NCBI GenBank assembly: GCA_963727825.1
Contig: CAVSHO010000009.1
Location: forward strand, 256,001-320,000
Source: Ignavibacteriota bacterium
GTDB lineage: Bacteria; Bacteroidota; Ignavibacteria; UBA10030
Direction of reading: 5' to 3'
DNA: 64,000 nucleotides
Both the position numbers and the translations under genes were made by a program. This document shows, one piece after another, positions 63,531 through 64,000 of the stretch; position 1 is the first letter of the stretch, and every line of letters starts with the position of its first letter. A model generated the notes under the pieces. The model ran no database searches, was not told the origin of the DNA, and saw only the letters and a list, made by a program, of their open reading frames with translations.

Positions 63531-64000
63531 TCAATTTAAGTCTCTATTTGCATCAAGTTGTTTTAGCATTTCGTATCAATTCCATCTCGCGAAGTTGATA
63601 TGGCTTCACATCCTGGCCTTGATTTTTTGCTTCATCCTGTAATCGTTTATTTTTTTCCCTTTCCATTTGCGATTTGCTTACGCACGTCACAGCGACAATT
63701 GCATCTTTGGCAATCATCATTGGAGTCAGGCACATCAATTTCTTTTTCCATTTCCTGCCATTTATGACTCAATTCATATCGACTCAAAACAAGATCGCTA
63801 ATAAGGTTCTTCAGTCCGGGTCTTGCACTTCACTAACAATCGAAGATGCATCAATTGTTCCGCGTTCGTCATACAAATCCAGAACAAACTGGGCAAGATT
63901 TCCTCATCACGTTCATCGCTCAATTGATTCAATAGAGAAATATTTGAAAGCACAAACGAATCACATCTGATTTCCTTCGAGAATCAGTTTCAAAATGTCG
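63531..64000 (-). CDS. 3' end of a helical protein, probably the DNA primase C-terminus (many indels)
   Basis: Pieces in different frames: DILKLILEG, FVLDLYDERG, LISDLVLSRYELSHKW, MLKQLDANRDLN*; resembles FCB DnaG C-termini, but no catalytic motif in the window. Confidence 0.4.

Overview
Chromosomal window from a Gram-negative FCB-group bacterium, most likely Ignavibacteria-like. This is inferred from T9SS 'NYPNPFNP' C-terminal domains together with E. coli-type TTGACA-17-TAnnnT promoters and AGGAG RBSs. Most of it is housekeeping: rsmI-nadE-lat-purB-htrA-plsY, TBDR-ispE, kdsACD-lptC-lptA-lptB-aroF-tyrA, ferritin, pckG-aminotransferase, metK-ahcY, tkt, trpB2, hppA, SAM-I riboswitch-metY-metA, peptidases, GntR-TBDR-T9SS protein, and an archaeal-type geranylgeranyl reductase with a ferredoxin. 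About ten genes carry isolated indels that look like long-read consensus errors. Most notable non-housekeeping signals: (1) a lone integron-like cassette (14-bp terminal inverted repeats, attC-like sites on both sides, no integrase in the window) carrying a P-loop ATPase that may be a defence gene; (2) an unannotated Trp-rich leader peptide and attenuator controlling a stand-alone trpB2; (3) a 3.6-kb islet of two FG-GAP/T9SS proteins bounded by a duplicated terminator; (4) several REP/MITE families, some with ~20-bp palindromes nested inside them; (5) the GGR-ferredoxin pair. No rRNA, tRNA or CRISPR array was seen. Family calls are by motif recognition only; no database searches were run.
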